DNA of 59,758 nucleotides, the filler included, from Candidatus Babelota bacterium (GTDB lineage Bacteria; JAGOBX01), in the NCBI GenBank assembly GCA_017999075.1. It is 8 parts of 8 records of this genome, joined end to end, with 100 filler letters (N's around TTAATTAATTAA, not from the genome) between each part and the next. Parts side by side here need not be neighbours in the genome. Positions count along the whole stretch, not along the records: positions 45,015 to 52,338 come from JAGOBX010000169.1; positions 52,439 to 59,758 come from JAGOBX010000170.1; 6 more parts are not named here. One strand, written 5' to 3'. Below, piece by piece: positions 48,859-59,494 of the stretch (position 1 is its first letter; every line of letters begins with the position of its first letter). The translations under genes were made by a program, and so were the position numbers. The notes under the pieces were generated by a model that was given only the letters and a program-made list of their open reading frames with translations, made no database searches and was not told the origin of the DNA.

Positions 48859-50637
48859 TTATTGAAACTGATTTTCTGCGGAAATTTGATAATTTGCCAG
48901 ATTTATAGTGTAATCTATTGATTCAAGCAGAATGTTTATTATAATATTGACTTTTTCAATTTCGCTTGCTTCTGATCTTTTTCGTACTGAAACCAGAGAT
49001 TTTGAATATGATATTGTTTTTATTAGTTCAAATAATCCTGAATTTTGAGATAATAAATTTCTAAGATCATCTAAATTCTTTATATGGAACCTATGCGCCT
49101 GAATACTTTTTTTTAAAATTGATAATCTTGAGATTATTTCAGGAAACACGTCAGGATATTTTTTTTTGCTATATGAATTTATTATTTCCTGAATAAGGGA
49201 TAAATCTAAATTTGTGTTTGTTATTTTATATTTTTCAATTGCTTCTTTAAGGTCGCAATGTTCTATACCTTCTATAAAAGCTCCGTCATACGTGCAATTA
49301 ATAATTTTGCGTTTGGAAATTTTAACTTGACTGCAGTACCATCTGTAATATTCGAGAAGCTGGCGAGTTGTAGGAACACTTACAGTTTTAATCCCTTTTA
49401 TAAAAATTTTGTTTTCAGCTGCTCCTGCGAACATATTTTCCATTGTGTTGAACTTGGACAAAACTAATGTTCCGCATTCTTCATACATAGTCGTATTACA
49501 ATGAGTTTTCATTACGGGATAACTTAGATCCTGGCCGATGAAAAATATAGGATCTGCTCCTATATATTCCGCAAACTGAAAAGCTATTGTTGAAACACTT
49601 CCTCCTGCTGTGGACAATTGACCCTTATGTGTGGTAACGCTTTCAAAATACATTGATAACGGATAGTCTGAAACAAAAAACAAACTTTTATTTTCAAGAT
49701 GTTTGACAACTTTATTTGAACATATAAGGCATGTGATGAAATAATTATGCAAATTGATATCTTTGAAATGAAAATAACTTTTGTTTTGCGGATCTATTGT
49801 TATTGTAAAATGAGGAATTATGTCATAATCAATTAATTTTTTATAAACAGTATCGACAGCAATTATGATAAATTTTTTTCTGTGTTTGTATAATTCTCCT
49901 ATATTATAATCAAGAGACGGACCTGCAGAAACAATTATTGCTGGTGCTTTTGAAAATTTATTTTTTATGTTTATTATTCCCGGCGATGCCGCAAACTGGT
50001 TGAAATTATTTATTACATTGCTGTGATATATATCCCCGAAATATGATAATGTAACTGCTTGTGCAATAATATTGTCAACTGCTTCAGATAAATAATTTTT
50101 TATGAAATTTATTTTTTCTCTGAATATTGAAATTATAGACTGCAAAATTATATAATTGATTTTTGATACAAACACGGGATTGAACATAGATGAAAAATAT
50201 GATTTTATTTCTTGTTCTGATTCGGTTGCCGCTATATTCCATTTATCAAGAGATTGCGGAAGTTTTATGGTTTGCAGCATTGAAATCAGAATATTGAAAT
50301 CAGGTTCAATTATTAAAAAATATGGATTGACAGAATCTAAGATTTTTTTTATATGATAACCTAATCCTGGTTTAATGAAAACGGCAAAATCGTTGTCAGT
50401 TATATTGTACTGAGGAACTAGCCGTTCTGCTTCTTTTTCAGGATCGTATTTTGAATGAACATGTATTTGGTTGTTTTCATAATATTCGGAATAAGTCCAA
50501 ACTCCGGATTTTGTTTTTTCAAGATTTATTTTATATTTATTTTGATTTAAATGAGATAAAATGGATGAAGCTAATTGATAATTTTTTTTTTTGATCAGAT
50601 CGAAGTTATAATCAAGGAGCTCTTTATTGAATATCAT
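48859..50637 (-). CDS. Maf / DUF115 (motility-associated factor, MptE-like) glycosyltransferase-like protein
   Basis: HSKYDPEKEA, AIIVSAGPSL, IAVDT, GGSVS and IGQDLSY motifs. Confidence 0.85.
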   Translation of the reverse strand: MIFNKELLDYNFDLIKKKNYQLASSILSHLNQNKYKINLEKTKSGVWTYSEYYENNQIHVHSKYDPEKEAERLVPQYNITDNDFAVFIKPGLGYHIKKILDSVNPYFLIIEPDFNILISMLQTIKLPQSLDKWNIAATESEQEIKSYFSSMFNPVFVSKINYIILQSIISIFREKINFIKNYLSEAVDNIIAQAVTLSYFGDIYHSNVINNFNQFAASPGIINIKNKFSKAPAIIVSAGPSLDYNIGELYKHRKKFIIIAVDTVYKKLIDYDIIPHFTITIDPQNKSYFHFKDINLHNYFITCLICSNKVVKHLENKSLFFVSDYPLSMYFESVTTHKGQLSTAGGSVSTIAFQFAEYIGADPIFFIGQDLSYPVMKTHCNTTMYEECGTLVLSKFNTMENMFAGAAENKIFIKGIKTVSVPTTRQLLEYYRWYCSQVKISKRKIINCTYDGAFIEGIEHCDLKEAIEKYKITNTNLDLSLIQEIINSYSKKKYPDVFPEIISRLSILKKSIQAHRFHIKNLDDLRNLLSQNSGLFELIKTISYSKSLVSVRKRSEASEIEKVNIIINILLESIDYTINLANYQISAENQFQ

Positions 50638-51617
50638 AATACTGAATTTATAATTGTATTCCAGGATTTAGTCCAGTCTTCGGATTCGAGTTCTGACATG
50701 GGATACCCTGCTTTATAACTCCAAAACATTATAGAATCAGGTTTTTTGCTTTTAATGAGGCGTACGGCCTCATAAATTTCGTTTTCTTTGTTTTTTATAA
50801 TTTTATAAGCTTGTACCCATATTTCAGACATTGAATTTATAGATGAAGCAAGTGTTAGAAGTTTATCGGAATAATAGCCCACATATTCGGAAACTGTTTT
50901 GTTTTTTCTTTGCCAGTACGGATCAGTTGAAATAATGTTTGTATTTGTTATATTTTTGATATAATTCCAATTTGAAAGGCCTCCCATTGAACTATCTTCT
51001 GTAGGCAGCAGGCATATGTTATTTTTTTTTTTGTTTTCATTCACATATTTACATAAGTTGTTTAAAAGATTGGTTATTGATTCGCTTCTGAAATCTGACA
51101 AATCTGTATTTATTTTTTTTTGAGGAAATTCATATCCGAATTTATTTTCAAATAACTCTCTGCAAATTTTGCATGAACATCCCCAGACTCCTGTTTCAGA
51201 CTGGAAATCTTTGAAATAAAAATGAGGTTCATCCCAAAAAATATAATCACAGTCTGTTTCAATTGCTTTTTTTAACCAGTCGAATAAAAGTTTTTCAGTT
51301 AACGGATGATTTATACAGGCATGCCCGACCCGTTTCCCGGAATTATCAGTCTGCCATATTTCAGGATAATCAATAAGCCATTTTGAAAACGCTTCTCCTC
51401 CGAAAATTCCCAGAACACCCCAAGGATTTATATATGTTGTAAAACCCGATTTTTTAGCGATTTCCACCATCTTACAAATAGTTTTATGATAAAAAAAATA
51501 ATCATTTTCACAGTATGTGATAAGTATTGTATTGAACCCGATTTTTTTCATGTTATCAAGTTCTGTTATAAAATGTTCCGGATACCTGCATCCGAAATAA
51601 CTGCAGCCTATATTCAT
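50634..51617 (-). CDS. Putative glycoside hydrolase (TIM barrel)
   Basis: NPWG..GIFGGE, FWDEPH and STDPYW motifs; ATGA overlap with the maf-like gene. Confidence 0.65.
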   Translation of the reverse strand: MNIGCSYFGCRYPEHFITELDNMKKIGFNTILITYCENDYFFYHKTICKMVEIAKKSGFTTYINPWGVLGIFGGEAFSKWLIDYPEIWQTDNSGKRVGHACINHPLTEKLLFDWLKKAIETDCDYIFWDEPHFYFKDFQSETGVWGCSCKICRELFENKFGYEFPQKKINTDLSDFRSESITNLLNNLCKYVNENKKKNNICLLPTEDSSMGGLSNWNYIKNITNTNIISTDPYWQRKNKTVSEYVGYYSDKLLTLASSINSMSEIWVQAYKIIKNKENEIYEAVRLIKSKKPDSIMFWSYKAGYPMSELESEDWTKSWNTIINSVL

Positions 51618-51643
51618 GATTTTTTAATTAAAAAAGTTTAATA

Positions 51644-52338
51644 TTATTCTTTTACTATATTTGATATATAAGATACTCCGATTATTGCATTTTCAAGTTT
51701 TGTATTGTCAAGCAAATGGCGCATATCTAAAAAATCTCCTTCTGCAAGGATTTTTTTTATTGTATCATCAATATAAATAGTTTTATCTACAGGAATATTT
51801 TTGAATACAACTCCGTGATTATGCAAGTATAATTTTTGATTCGCTTTGTTTGCAGGATGAACATAAGAAATTGAGTTTAATAAATTTTGATCAAAAAAGT
51901 TTAAATCTGAGGTTAAATCTACACCTATGCCGAAACTTATTATAGTTTCTTTATTGTATTTAGGTTCATTATTTAAATCAATCCATTCTGCAAGATTATC
52001 TCTATGCATAACCATTTCTTTGTTTTTAGGTTCATTTTTTTTTAATGGAGATTTTTTTATTCCTGAACTGTATAACCCTGAAATTTCGCCGATTATTACA
52101 GCGCTTACAACGCCTTTGAAAATGTTGCGGTTTTTTTTGGCAAATTCAAAAATAAAAGAATATATATCGCTGATTGAAATACCATTTTGGTTTTTTGCGC
52201 CTGCAAAAAATACTTCGTTGAACGGTCCATTCAGCGCTACGTTAAATCCGGTATAAATCGTTATCTGTCCTGTATCTTTTGCAGGAATCAAAAAATCAGG
52301 GGTATCATTACCATCTGTTGGAAGCCATACCATTGCTC
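51644..52338 (-). CDS. Hypothetical protein, C-terminal part (5' truncated)
   Basis: Frame open to the contig end; ~230 aa visible. Confidence 0.65.
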
Positions 52339-52438
52339 NNNNNNNNNNNNNNNNNNNNNNNNNNNNNNNNNNNNNNNNNNNNTTAATTAATTAANNNNNN
52401 NNNNNNNNNNNNNNNNNNNNNNNNNNNNNNNNNNNNNN
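52339..52438. other. Artificial contig linker
   Basis: N44-TTAATTAATTAA-N44. Confidence 0.99.
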
Positions 52439-52591
52439 TAAAATTGGTTGAAAAATATTTTTTTCAAAAAATTCCATTTTTTGCTGTTTTATGATTTTTG
52501 TAGGCGGCTTTTTTTTCTTTAAACTCTGTAATTTATCGAATGTCATGTTGAGTTCTCGAAATTGATATAAATTGTATAACAAATTTTAATG

Positions 52592-52620
52592 TTGACATAA
52601 ATTATCCGTAATATTAAAAT
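52592..52620 (+). promoter_or_regulatory. Sigma70-type promoter of the first SulP gene
   Basis: TTGACA (52592-52597), 17 bp spacer, TAAAAT (52615-52620). Confidence 0.7.
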
Positions 52621-52660
52621 ATATAAGTAATACTTAAAAAAACTTTATGAGGTAATAATT

Positions 52661-54916
52661 TTGATGAAAATATCAATAATTAATTATTTAAAAAATTTTA
52701 TTTCTTCACCTGAAGAACGTGAAAAAAGCATCTCCAACCTTACAGGAGATTTGTTTGGTGGATTAGCAGCAATGCTAGTTGCGCTTCCTTCTGCTATAGC
52801 TTTCGGATTGATTGTTTACAGCGCATTAGGCAGCGAATATTCAGGCAAAGCAGCAATTGCAGGAATATTAGGCGCAATAGCATTAGGACTAATAGCTCCT
52901 ATATTTGGAGGAACCTCTAAACTTATCACAGCTCCATGTGCACCTGCAGCTGCAGTTTTATCATTATTTGTCTCAGAAATGGTCAAACAAGGAACTATAT
53001 CTTTTGAAACAATGCCTTTTTATGTTACTTTAGTAGGTTTGCTTGCAGGAATACTACAGCTATTGATTGGTTTTATCGGCGGGGGAAAACTTATTAAATA
53101 TATTCCTTATCCGGTTATAGCTGGATATTTAAGTGCTGTGGGCATTCTCATATTTTCAGGACAATGGCCTAAATTTTTAGGTATGCCTAAAGGATCGTCA
53201 TTTTGGAAATCATGTTATTCTTTCGGCGGATGGCAATGGCAAAGTATAACAATTGGTCTGACTACTATTGTAGTTATGTTGACAGCTCCAAAAATAATAA
53301 AAAAAATTCCAGCCGCAATTGTCGCTTTAGCTTCAGGTATTGCATGTTATTTTATTTTAGCTGCTATCGACCAGTCTTTATTGAATATGGATAAAAATCC
53401 TTATATAATCGGTCAGATAAATGCAAGTGCTGGTGAAATTATAACAAGTATAAAAACCACTTGGGCAGGTGCAATGAACCTGAATATAGACGTTTTAGGA
53501 CTGTTATTAGTTCCCTTCTTAACATTAGGCGTTTTATTGTCTGTAGATACTTTGAAAACTTGCGTTGTTCTTGACGCTTTAACTCAGACAAGACATAATT
53601 CAAATAAAGAATTAATTGGACAGGGACTGGGAAATATAGGATCATCGCTTTTATGCGGACTTCCAGGTGCAGGCACTACAGGACCAACTCTTGTCAATTT
53701 TTCAAGCGGAGCTAAAACAAGATTTTCCGGATTTTTAGCCGGATTTTTCAGCATATTGGTTTTACTATTTTTTGCAAAATATGTTGCATGGATACCAGTC
53801 GCATCACTTGCTGGAATTCTTTTAGTTGTAGGATTCAGAATGGTGGACAAAAAAAGTTTCAGTCTTTTAAGACATAAATCAACAGTGCTTGATTTCATAG
53901 TAATACTCGCCGTTATTATTTCAGCCTTAACTATGAGCCTTATCACAGCAGCAGTCGTTGGTATTATTATGGCCATATTTCTTTTTATACGTGAGCAAAT
54001 GAGGTTATCTGTGGTACGCAGAAAATTCCTTGGCCATCAAAAATTTTCAAAAAAAAAAAGGCCGCTTAACGAAGCTGCGATTCTTGAAAAGGAAGGCGCT
54101 AAAACAATAATATTTGAGCTTCAAGGACAATTATTTTTCGGTACTACAGATCAGCTCCTAAATGAAATTGAACCTTTTATCAGTTCCGCAAAGTATTTTA
54201 TTCTTGAAATGCGCAGAGTTCAATCTCTTGATTTTACAGCTGCAAACAGACTTATGCAGATATTAAACAGAATAAAAAGTAAAAAAGGATTTTTAATTTT
54301 AGCTTCTGTTCCCTTAAGTTTGCCAACTGGCCAGAATGTGAAAGATTATCTATCTTTCTTAGGTTTATCTGAAACAACTGGCTTAAAATTTTTTCCTGAT
54401 CTGGACGACGCTCTTGAATGGGCTGAAGATGAGATTCTAAAAGAATCACCTATTGAATATTTTGAAACACACGAGCTTACTATTGATGAGATGGAATTTT
54501 TTAAAGAATTTTCAGCGGAAATCCTTGAGCAATTAAAAAATGTTATGGTAGAACGCCGTTTTAAAAATGAAGAATTAATTTTTAAACGCGGAGAAACAGG
54601 AGATGAAATATTTTTTATACGTAAAGGTTCAGTTAAAGTGGTTCTACCGCTTGCTGGAGGAACTGTTCATCATCTTGCTACATTCATACGAGGCGATTTT
54701 TTTGGAGATATGGCATTTCTTGATAAAGCCGAAAGATCTGCAAACGCTGTCGCATCCGGCGATACATCACTTTATTATATTTCACGGGAAAAATTTGACA
54801 AGCTTACAAAAATTCATCCTGAAATAGGCGGACATTTTTTTGAGGAATTAGCATATATTGTTTCTTACCGACTCCGTCAGACAAATATAGAATTAACTGC
54901 ATTACAAGATGGATAA
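52661..54916 (+). CDS. SulP/SLC26 anion transporter with STAS and cNMP-binding domains (start 52661 or 52664)
   Basis: VALPSAIAFG, KYIPYPVIAG, NKELIGQGLGN, LQGQLFFG (STAS) and FFGDMAFL..ERSANA (cNMP). Confidence 0.93.
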   Translation: MMKISIINYLKNFISSPEEREKSISNLTGDLFGGLAAMLVALPSAIAFGLIVYSALGSEYSGKAAIAGILGAIALGLIAPIFGGTSKLITAPCAPAAAVLSLFVSEMVKQGTISFETMPFYVTLVGLLAGILQLLIGFIGGGKLIKYIPYPVIAGYLSAVGILIFSGQWPKFLGMPKGSSFWKSCYSFGGWQWQSITIGLTTIVVMLTAPKIIKKIPAAIVALASGIACYFILAAIDQSLLNMDKNPYIIGQINASAGEIITSIKTTWAGAMNLNIDVLGLLLVPFLTLGVLLSVDTLKTCVVLDALTQTRHNSNKELIGQGLGNIGSSLLCGLPGAGTTGPTLVNFSSGAKTRFSGFLAGFFSILVLLFFAKYVAWIPVASLAGILLVVGFRMVDKKSFSLLRHKSTVLDFIVILAVIISALTMSLITAAVVGIIMAIFLFIREQMRLSVVRRKFLGHQKFSKKKRPLNEAAILEKEGAKTIIFELQGQLFFGTTDQLLNEIEPFISSAKYFILEMRRVQSLDFTAANRLMQILNRIKSKKGFLILASVPLSLPTGQNVKDYLSFLGLSETTGLKFFPDLDDALEWAEDEILKESPIEYFETHELTIDEMEFFKEFSAEILEQLKNVMVERRFKNEELIFKRGETGDEIFFIRKGSVKVVLPLAGGTVHHLATFIRGDFFGDMAFLDKAERSANAVASGDTSLYYISREKFDKLTKIHPEIGGHFFEELAYIVSYRLRQTNIELTALQDG

Positions 54917-54946
54917 AAAAATAATTTTTGTACAATTAAATCAACT

Positions 54947-54982
54947 CTAACAACCCCAAAAATTACTTTTCGGGGTTGTTAG
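54947..54982. terminator. Hairpin between the convergent SulP genes
   Basis: Minus strand CTAACAACCCCGAAAA-GTAA-TTTTTGGGGTTGTTAG: 16-bp stem with one G.T and a GNRA loop. Confidence 0.75.
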
Positions 54983-54990
54983 CAAAATAA

Positions 54991-57234
54991 TCAATTTTCC
55001 GACAGCATATTTAATTCACGAGATGTATTTCTCAGGCGTTCAGAAAAAATAAGATTTAAATTTGTTAAAACTTTATACGCCAATTTCGCATTTTCTTTCA
55101 TTATGTTAAAAAAATCTGTTTTTGAAAGAATATACAATTCTGTTTCTGATGTGGCAATTACCGTAGCTGATCTTGGTTTATTTTCAAGTATTGCCATTTC
55201 TCCAAAATGAGAACCAACGCTGTAAGTAACAATTCTTTTTACTGCGTCTTCAGAAAGTTTATGAACGATACTCACTTCACCAAGACCGATAAAATACATT
55301 TCATTCCCAGGGTCGCCTTGTTTAAAAATTATATCATTTCTATTATATTTATTTTTCTTGCAATATTTTTCAATAATTTCTATTTCGTTTTTATAAAGTC
55401 CATTCAATAAATCCATATCCTCAATATTGTAAGAACGATTTCTACTCATATCTATATTGTGTTCTCGCAATAAAGAGTCTTCGCAGTATTCAAGCGCAAA
55501 ATCATTATTAAAAAAAATCCGTTCATTAGTTATTTCTTTAATAATACCTATTTCGTTCAGGAATGTAATCATTTCTTCGCGCTCCTGATCATTGAATTTT
55601 TTCATAGAAGAAAAACATATAATTATTCCTGATTCTTTTAGTTTCTGCATTAAATCAAGAAAAAGCTGCGCGCCCGTTAAATCTATAGATAATACGTTTT
55701 TTAAATCGAAAATAATATATTTGACTTTTTTGATATGTTTTTCAATAAATACACTGAAACTGTCAGTGGTGCCAAAAAATAAAGAACCCTGCATTTCTAT
55801 TAAAACTATATCTTCTCCAAATTTTTCAAGGATTTCATTTTCCTCAGTGCTCCTTATTTTTTTCGATCTGAAAGTTTTAGCTGAAAGTATACGTTTAATA
55901 ACTGGTTGTTTAGCCTGATTTTTGATAAAGATTATACTTGCAATACCTAGACCGATTCCAACTGCTACCATTAAATCAATAACAGCTGTAACAATTGTAA
56001 CAACAATCATTACTATAACGTCAAGCCTCGCTGATTTTTTTTTTATAAGACTTACACTCCAAATATCAATCATTTTAATTGCAGTTATAAAAAGTATTCC
56101 TGATAAAACTGTCATTGGAATCCATTTTGCCCATCTTCCGAAAACCAAAACAATTAAAAGAAGTAATAATCCATGAATTATACCTGATAGATTTGTTTTA
56201 CCGCCTGCGTCAATATTAACAAGAGTCCTGACTGTTGCTCCGGCGCCTGCTATACCTCCGAAAATACCAGCCATTATATTACCTATTCCCTGACCAAACA
56301 ATTCTTTATCGCTGTTATGTCTGGTCTTTGTTTTTACATCTGCAACAACTGAAGTTAATAGAGTATCAATAGCTCCTAAAATCCCAAGCGTCAATGCAGG
56401 TCCTATAAGAATTTTAAACATATCAATATTAATATATCCTATGAATTTTTTTAATGAAAAAATAAATTCTGGTGTTGGAATTTTTGCTGGAATGTTTCCA
56501 ATTATATAAGGATTAATTGGATTTAAAAATTCAGAATATAATATTTTTCCAATTATAAAATACACTATTATTCCTACAAACATTCCGGATAACGATGTAG
56601 GAATTTTCTTTAATATTTTAGGAATATATAAAATTCCAAGTATTGTAGCTATACCTATTATCGCTATATATAAGTTCACCGAACCGAATTTTGTAAACAA
56701 ATCGTTCCATGAAGTACCTGATGAAAACCCGAAAAAGGGTTTTATTTGTCCAAAAAAAATTATTACAGCTATTCCATTCATAAAACCAGCTATTACTGAA
56801 TATGGTATATACTTTACAATTTTTCCTGCATGTACAATGCCCAGAAAAATTTCAGTCATACCTCCTAAAATAACAGTAAACCCAAACAAAAACAGTATAA
56901 CCGGTATTTTCTCCGCAGTAGTGGGAAATGCAGCCTGTAAAGACGGATTCTGCATAAGCGTTACTATAGCTGCTGTAGAAACAACTGCCATTGGTCCGGT
57001 TGGACCTGTTACCTGAGAAGGAGTTCCTCCGAAAAGAGCAGCAAATAATCCTGTAAAAATGGCGCCGTATAATCCGGCAACTGCTCCCGTCGAAACATAA
57101 TCAGGACCAAGTGAGGAAAATGAAGAAACTCCGAATGCGATTGCAAGCGGCAATGCAATAATACCGGCTACAATACCGCCGTTTAAATCGTTTTTAAAAT
57201 TTTTAAACGTAATCATTAATACACTCCTCTCCAT
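54991..57234 (-). CDS. SulP/SLC26 anion transporter with STAS and cNMP-binding domains
   Basis: IALPLAIAFG, QVTGPTGP, DKELFGQGIGN, MQGSLFFG and HFGEMAIL..PRSATV. Confidence 0.93.
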   Translation of the reverse strand: MERSVLMITFKNFKNDLNGGIVAGIIALPLAIAFGVSSFSSLGPDYVSTGAVAGLYGAIFTGLFAALFGGTPSQVTGPTGPMAVVSTAAIVTLMQNPSLQAAFPTTAEKIPVILFLFGFTVILGGMTEIFLGIVHAGKIVKYIPYSVIAGFMNGIAVIIFFGQIKPFFGFSSGTSWNDLFTKFGSVNLYIAIIGIATILGILYIPKILKKIPTSLSGMFVGIIVYFIIGKILYSEFLNPINPYIIGNIPAKIPTPEFIFSLKKFIGYINIDMFKILIGPALTLGILGAIDTLLTSVVADVKTKTRHNSDKELFGQGIGNIMAGIFGGIAGAGATVRTLVNIDAGGKTNLSGIIHGLLLLLIVLVFGRWAKWIPMTVLSGILFITAIKMIDIWSVSLIKKKSARLDVIVMIVVTIVTAVIDLMVAVGIGLGIASIIFIKNQAKQPVIKRILSAKTFRSKKIRSTEENEILEKFGEDIVLIEMQGSLFFGTTDSFSVFIEKHIKKVKYIIFDLKNVLSIDLTGAQLFLDLMQKLKESGIIICFSSMKKFNDQEREEMITFLNEIGIIKEITNERIFFNNDFALEYCEDSLLREHNIDMSRNRSYNIEDMDLLNGLYKNEIEIIEKYCKKNKYNRNDIIFKQGDPGNEMYFIGLGEVSIVHKLSEDAVKRIVTYSVGSHFGEMAILENKPRSATVIATSETELYILSKTDFFNIMKENAKLAYKVLTNLNLIFSERLRNTSRELNMLSEN

Positions 57235-57311
57235 GATAAATTTCTAAAAAATTTAATATTAATAAAATATTATTAAAATTATGTCAAAATTTAAAAAAAT
57301 TATTTATTTAT

Positions 57312-58589
57312 TTAAAAATATCTGAAAATTATATACAGATTTGATATCAAAAGAGATATAATAGTTATAATAATTCCATATTTGGCAAATGTTAAAAAAG
57401 AGATTTTATACCCGCTTTTTTCAGCTATTCCTGCTGATACCACGTTTGCTGATGCTCCTATAAGAGTTCCGTTTCCGCCAAGACACGCTCCTAATGAAAG
57501 CGCCCACCACATTGCTGAAATGTCTGAAGAACCAAGTGTATGTTTAAAATTTTCAATTAAAGGTATCATTGTTGCAACATAAGGTATATTATCAACAAGA
57601 GCAGATAAAATTCCCGAACCCCATAAAATTATATATGTTGTTAATTCTATATCTCCTTTAGTAACTGCAAGCAGATATTGTGATAATTTACCTATTATCC
57701 CTAATCTTACAAGTCCGTCTATTATAACAAACAATCCTATAAAAAAGAAAATTGTTGTCCAGTCTATATCCTTCATAACTTTTTCAAATTTATGGGAATC
57801 GGTAATAAGCATTAAAAATGCTGCTCCGCCTAAAGCTATTGTGGCTGGTTCTATACGTAAAAAACCATGAAACATAAAACCTATTATTACTATAAATAAA
57901 ATAATTAATGATTTTATAAGAAGTGGTTTGTTCTCTATTGTTTTACTTTCATCAAATTCCATTATACGCGCTTTTCGTTCATTTGTAACAACCAATTTCT
58001 TTTTAAACATAAAATATAACAAAACATTAGTCACTACCATTATTATTATTATTACAGGAGATAAATTTATTATAAAATCAAGGAAAGTAAGTTTTGCTGC
58101 GCTGCCAATCATAATATTCGGCGGATCTCCAATCAAAGTAGCAGAACCTCCTATGTTTGAAGAAATTGCTTCTGAAATAACAAATGGTTCAGGAGAAACT
58201 CCCAATTCTACTGCAATAAGAATTGTTACAGGAACAATAATCAAAACAGTAGTTACATTGTCTAAAAAAGCTGAAAAAACTGCTGTTATAACCGTAAAAA
58301 ACATTAAAATTTTTACAGGATTTCCTTTAGTCATTTTTGCAGATTTTATAGCTACATACTGAAAAATACCGGTATGTTTCATAATAGCCACTATCATCAT
58401 CATTCCTACAAGTAAAAATATTACATTCCAATCCACATCAGCAAAAGCCTTGTTTTGTTCAGTAAATCTGAATAGTATAAAAATCACTGCGCCTGTAAGA
58501 GCTATTACTGTTTTATGAATTTTTTCAGTAGAAATCAGTAAAAAAATTATTAAAAAAAGAAGTGATGCTATTACGCTCTGAATGCTCAT
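57312..58589 (-). CDS. ArsB/NhaD/SLC13 (IT superfamily) transporter
   Basis: SAFLDNVTT, SNIGGSATLIGDPPN, SALVDNIP and LGGNGTLIGASAN motifs. Confidence 0.92.
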   Translation of the reverse strand: MSIQSVIASLLFLIIFLLISTEKIHKTVIALTGAVIFILFRFTEQNKAFADVDWNVIFLLVGMMMIVAIMKHTGIFQYVAIKSAKMTKGNPVKILMFFTVITAVFSAFLDNVTTVLIIVPVTILIAVELGVSPEPFVISEAISSNIGGSATLIGDPPNIMIGSAAKLTFLDFIINLSPVIIIIMVVTNVLLYFMFKKKLVVTNERKARIMEFDESKTIENKPLLIKSLIILFIVIIGFMFHGFLRIEPATIALGGAAFLMLITDSHKFEKVMKDIDWTTIFFFIGLFVIIDGLVRLGIIGKLSQYLLAVTKGDIELTTYIILWGSGILSALVDNIPYVATMIPLIENFKHTLGSSDISAMWWALSLGACLGGNGTLIGASANVVSAGIAEKSGYKISFLTFAKYGIIITIISLLISNLYIIFRYF

Positions 58590-58591
58590 CC

Positions 58592-59494
58592 CTAACTCCT
58601 TAATACCTTCTTTAAAATATCCATATAACTTACAATGCCTATAACTTTGTCATTATTATCAACTATAGGTATATGTCTGCGGTGATTATTTGAAAATTCA
58701 AATGCAGCTTCTATTATTGAAGCATCCGGCATAAGTTTAAAATACGGTTTTTTCATAATCTCTTTAACTTTATGCTCTCTTCCTTTGGTAAGCATTTCTT
58801 CAAATGGTTCAAAATTTCTTAAAAAATTAAGATTTTTCATCATTGATGCATATGACGGTATCCCGAATTTTATTATTTCATTTACAGTAACTTCCCCTAT
58901 TAAAATTTCAGAATCATTTACCACAGGCGCATAACTTATATTTTTCATAAAAAATAAATCTATAAGTTCGTGTATACTTTGATTGGAATTTATTGTTTGA
59001 GGGGTGGGACTCATAATATCAGCTACTGTTATAGATTTTTCAATTTCTATAGATTTTTTTTCCACATATTCAATAATCTTATCTGGAGATTTTAAACTTA
59101 AAAAATCATTTGACGCATTTTTATCAAGAAATAATTTAGCTATACCGCTTACAACATTTAAATATTTTTTAGGAGATTGCAATGATGCCAAAACAACTAT
59201 TATTCCAAAAACATTATTATTATCATATTTCAAAACGTTTCGAGGTTTAGCTATACCTACAAGCAAATCATTAAAATTTTCAAGACGGGCATGCGGCATA
59301 ATTATCCCGTCAACCAGCGTGGTAATTCCCAATTTTTCCCTTTCAAAAATTTGATGAAGAACTTCACTTTTCGGTACACTGAACGAATGCTTTTTATAAA
59401 ACGCATCTATTATATCAGAAACGCATTCTTCAACTGTATTGTTATCTCCGCCAAATAAAATAAAATGTTCATCAAGCAGACTTGATAACTTCAT
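58592..59494 (-). CDS. PTS EIIA(Ntr/Fru)-like domain fused to a CBS pair
   Basis: EREKLG...GIIMPHAR (phospho-His) followed by TVADIM...PVV...VKEIM...HIPIVD; start MKLSSLL at 59494 with GGAGG RBS. Confidence 0.88.
   Translation of the reverse strand: MKLSSLLDEHFILFGGDNNTVEECVSDIIDAFYKKHSFSVPKSEVLHQIFEREKLGITTLVDGIIMPHARLENFNDLLVGIAKPRNVLKYDNNNVFGIIVVLASLQSPKKYLNVVSGIAKLFLDKNASNDFLSLKSPDKIIEYVEKKSIEIEKSITVADIMSPTPQTINSNQSIHELIDLFFMKNISYAPVVNDSEILIGEVTVNEIIKFGIPSYASMMKNLNFLRNFEPFEEMLTKGREHKVKEIMKKPYFKLMPDASIIEAAFEFSNNHRRHIPIVDNNDKVIGIVSYMDILKKVLRS

Noticed and set aside
7501-52438. Seven regularly spaced TTAATTAATTAA palindromes flanked by N runs
   Set aside because: Artificial linkers between size-sorted contigs. 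ORF ends reading X...N or X...LIN and any cross-linker gene neighbourhoods are artefacts.
54945-54984. attC-like site (CTAAC...GTTAG)
   Set aside because: About 40 bp, shorter than known attC sites, with no L boxes or extrahelical bases; its position between convergent genes fits a terminator.
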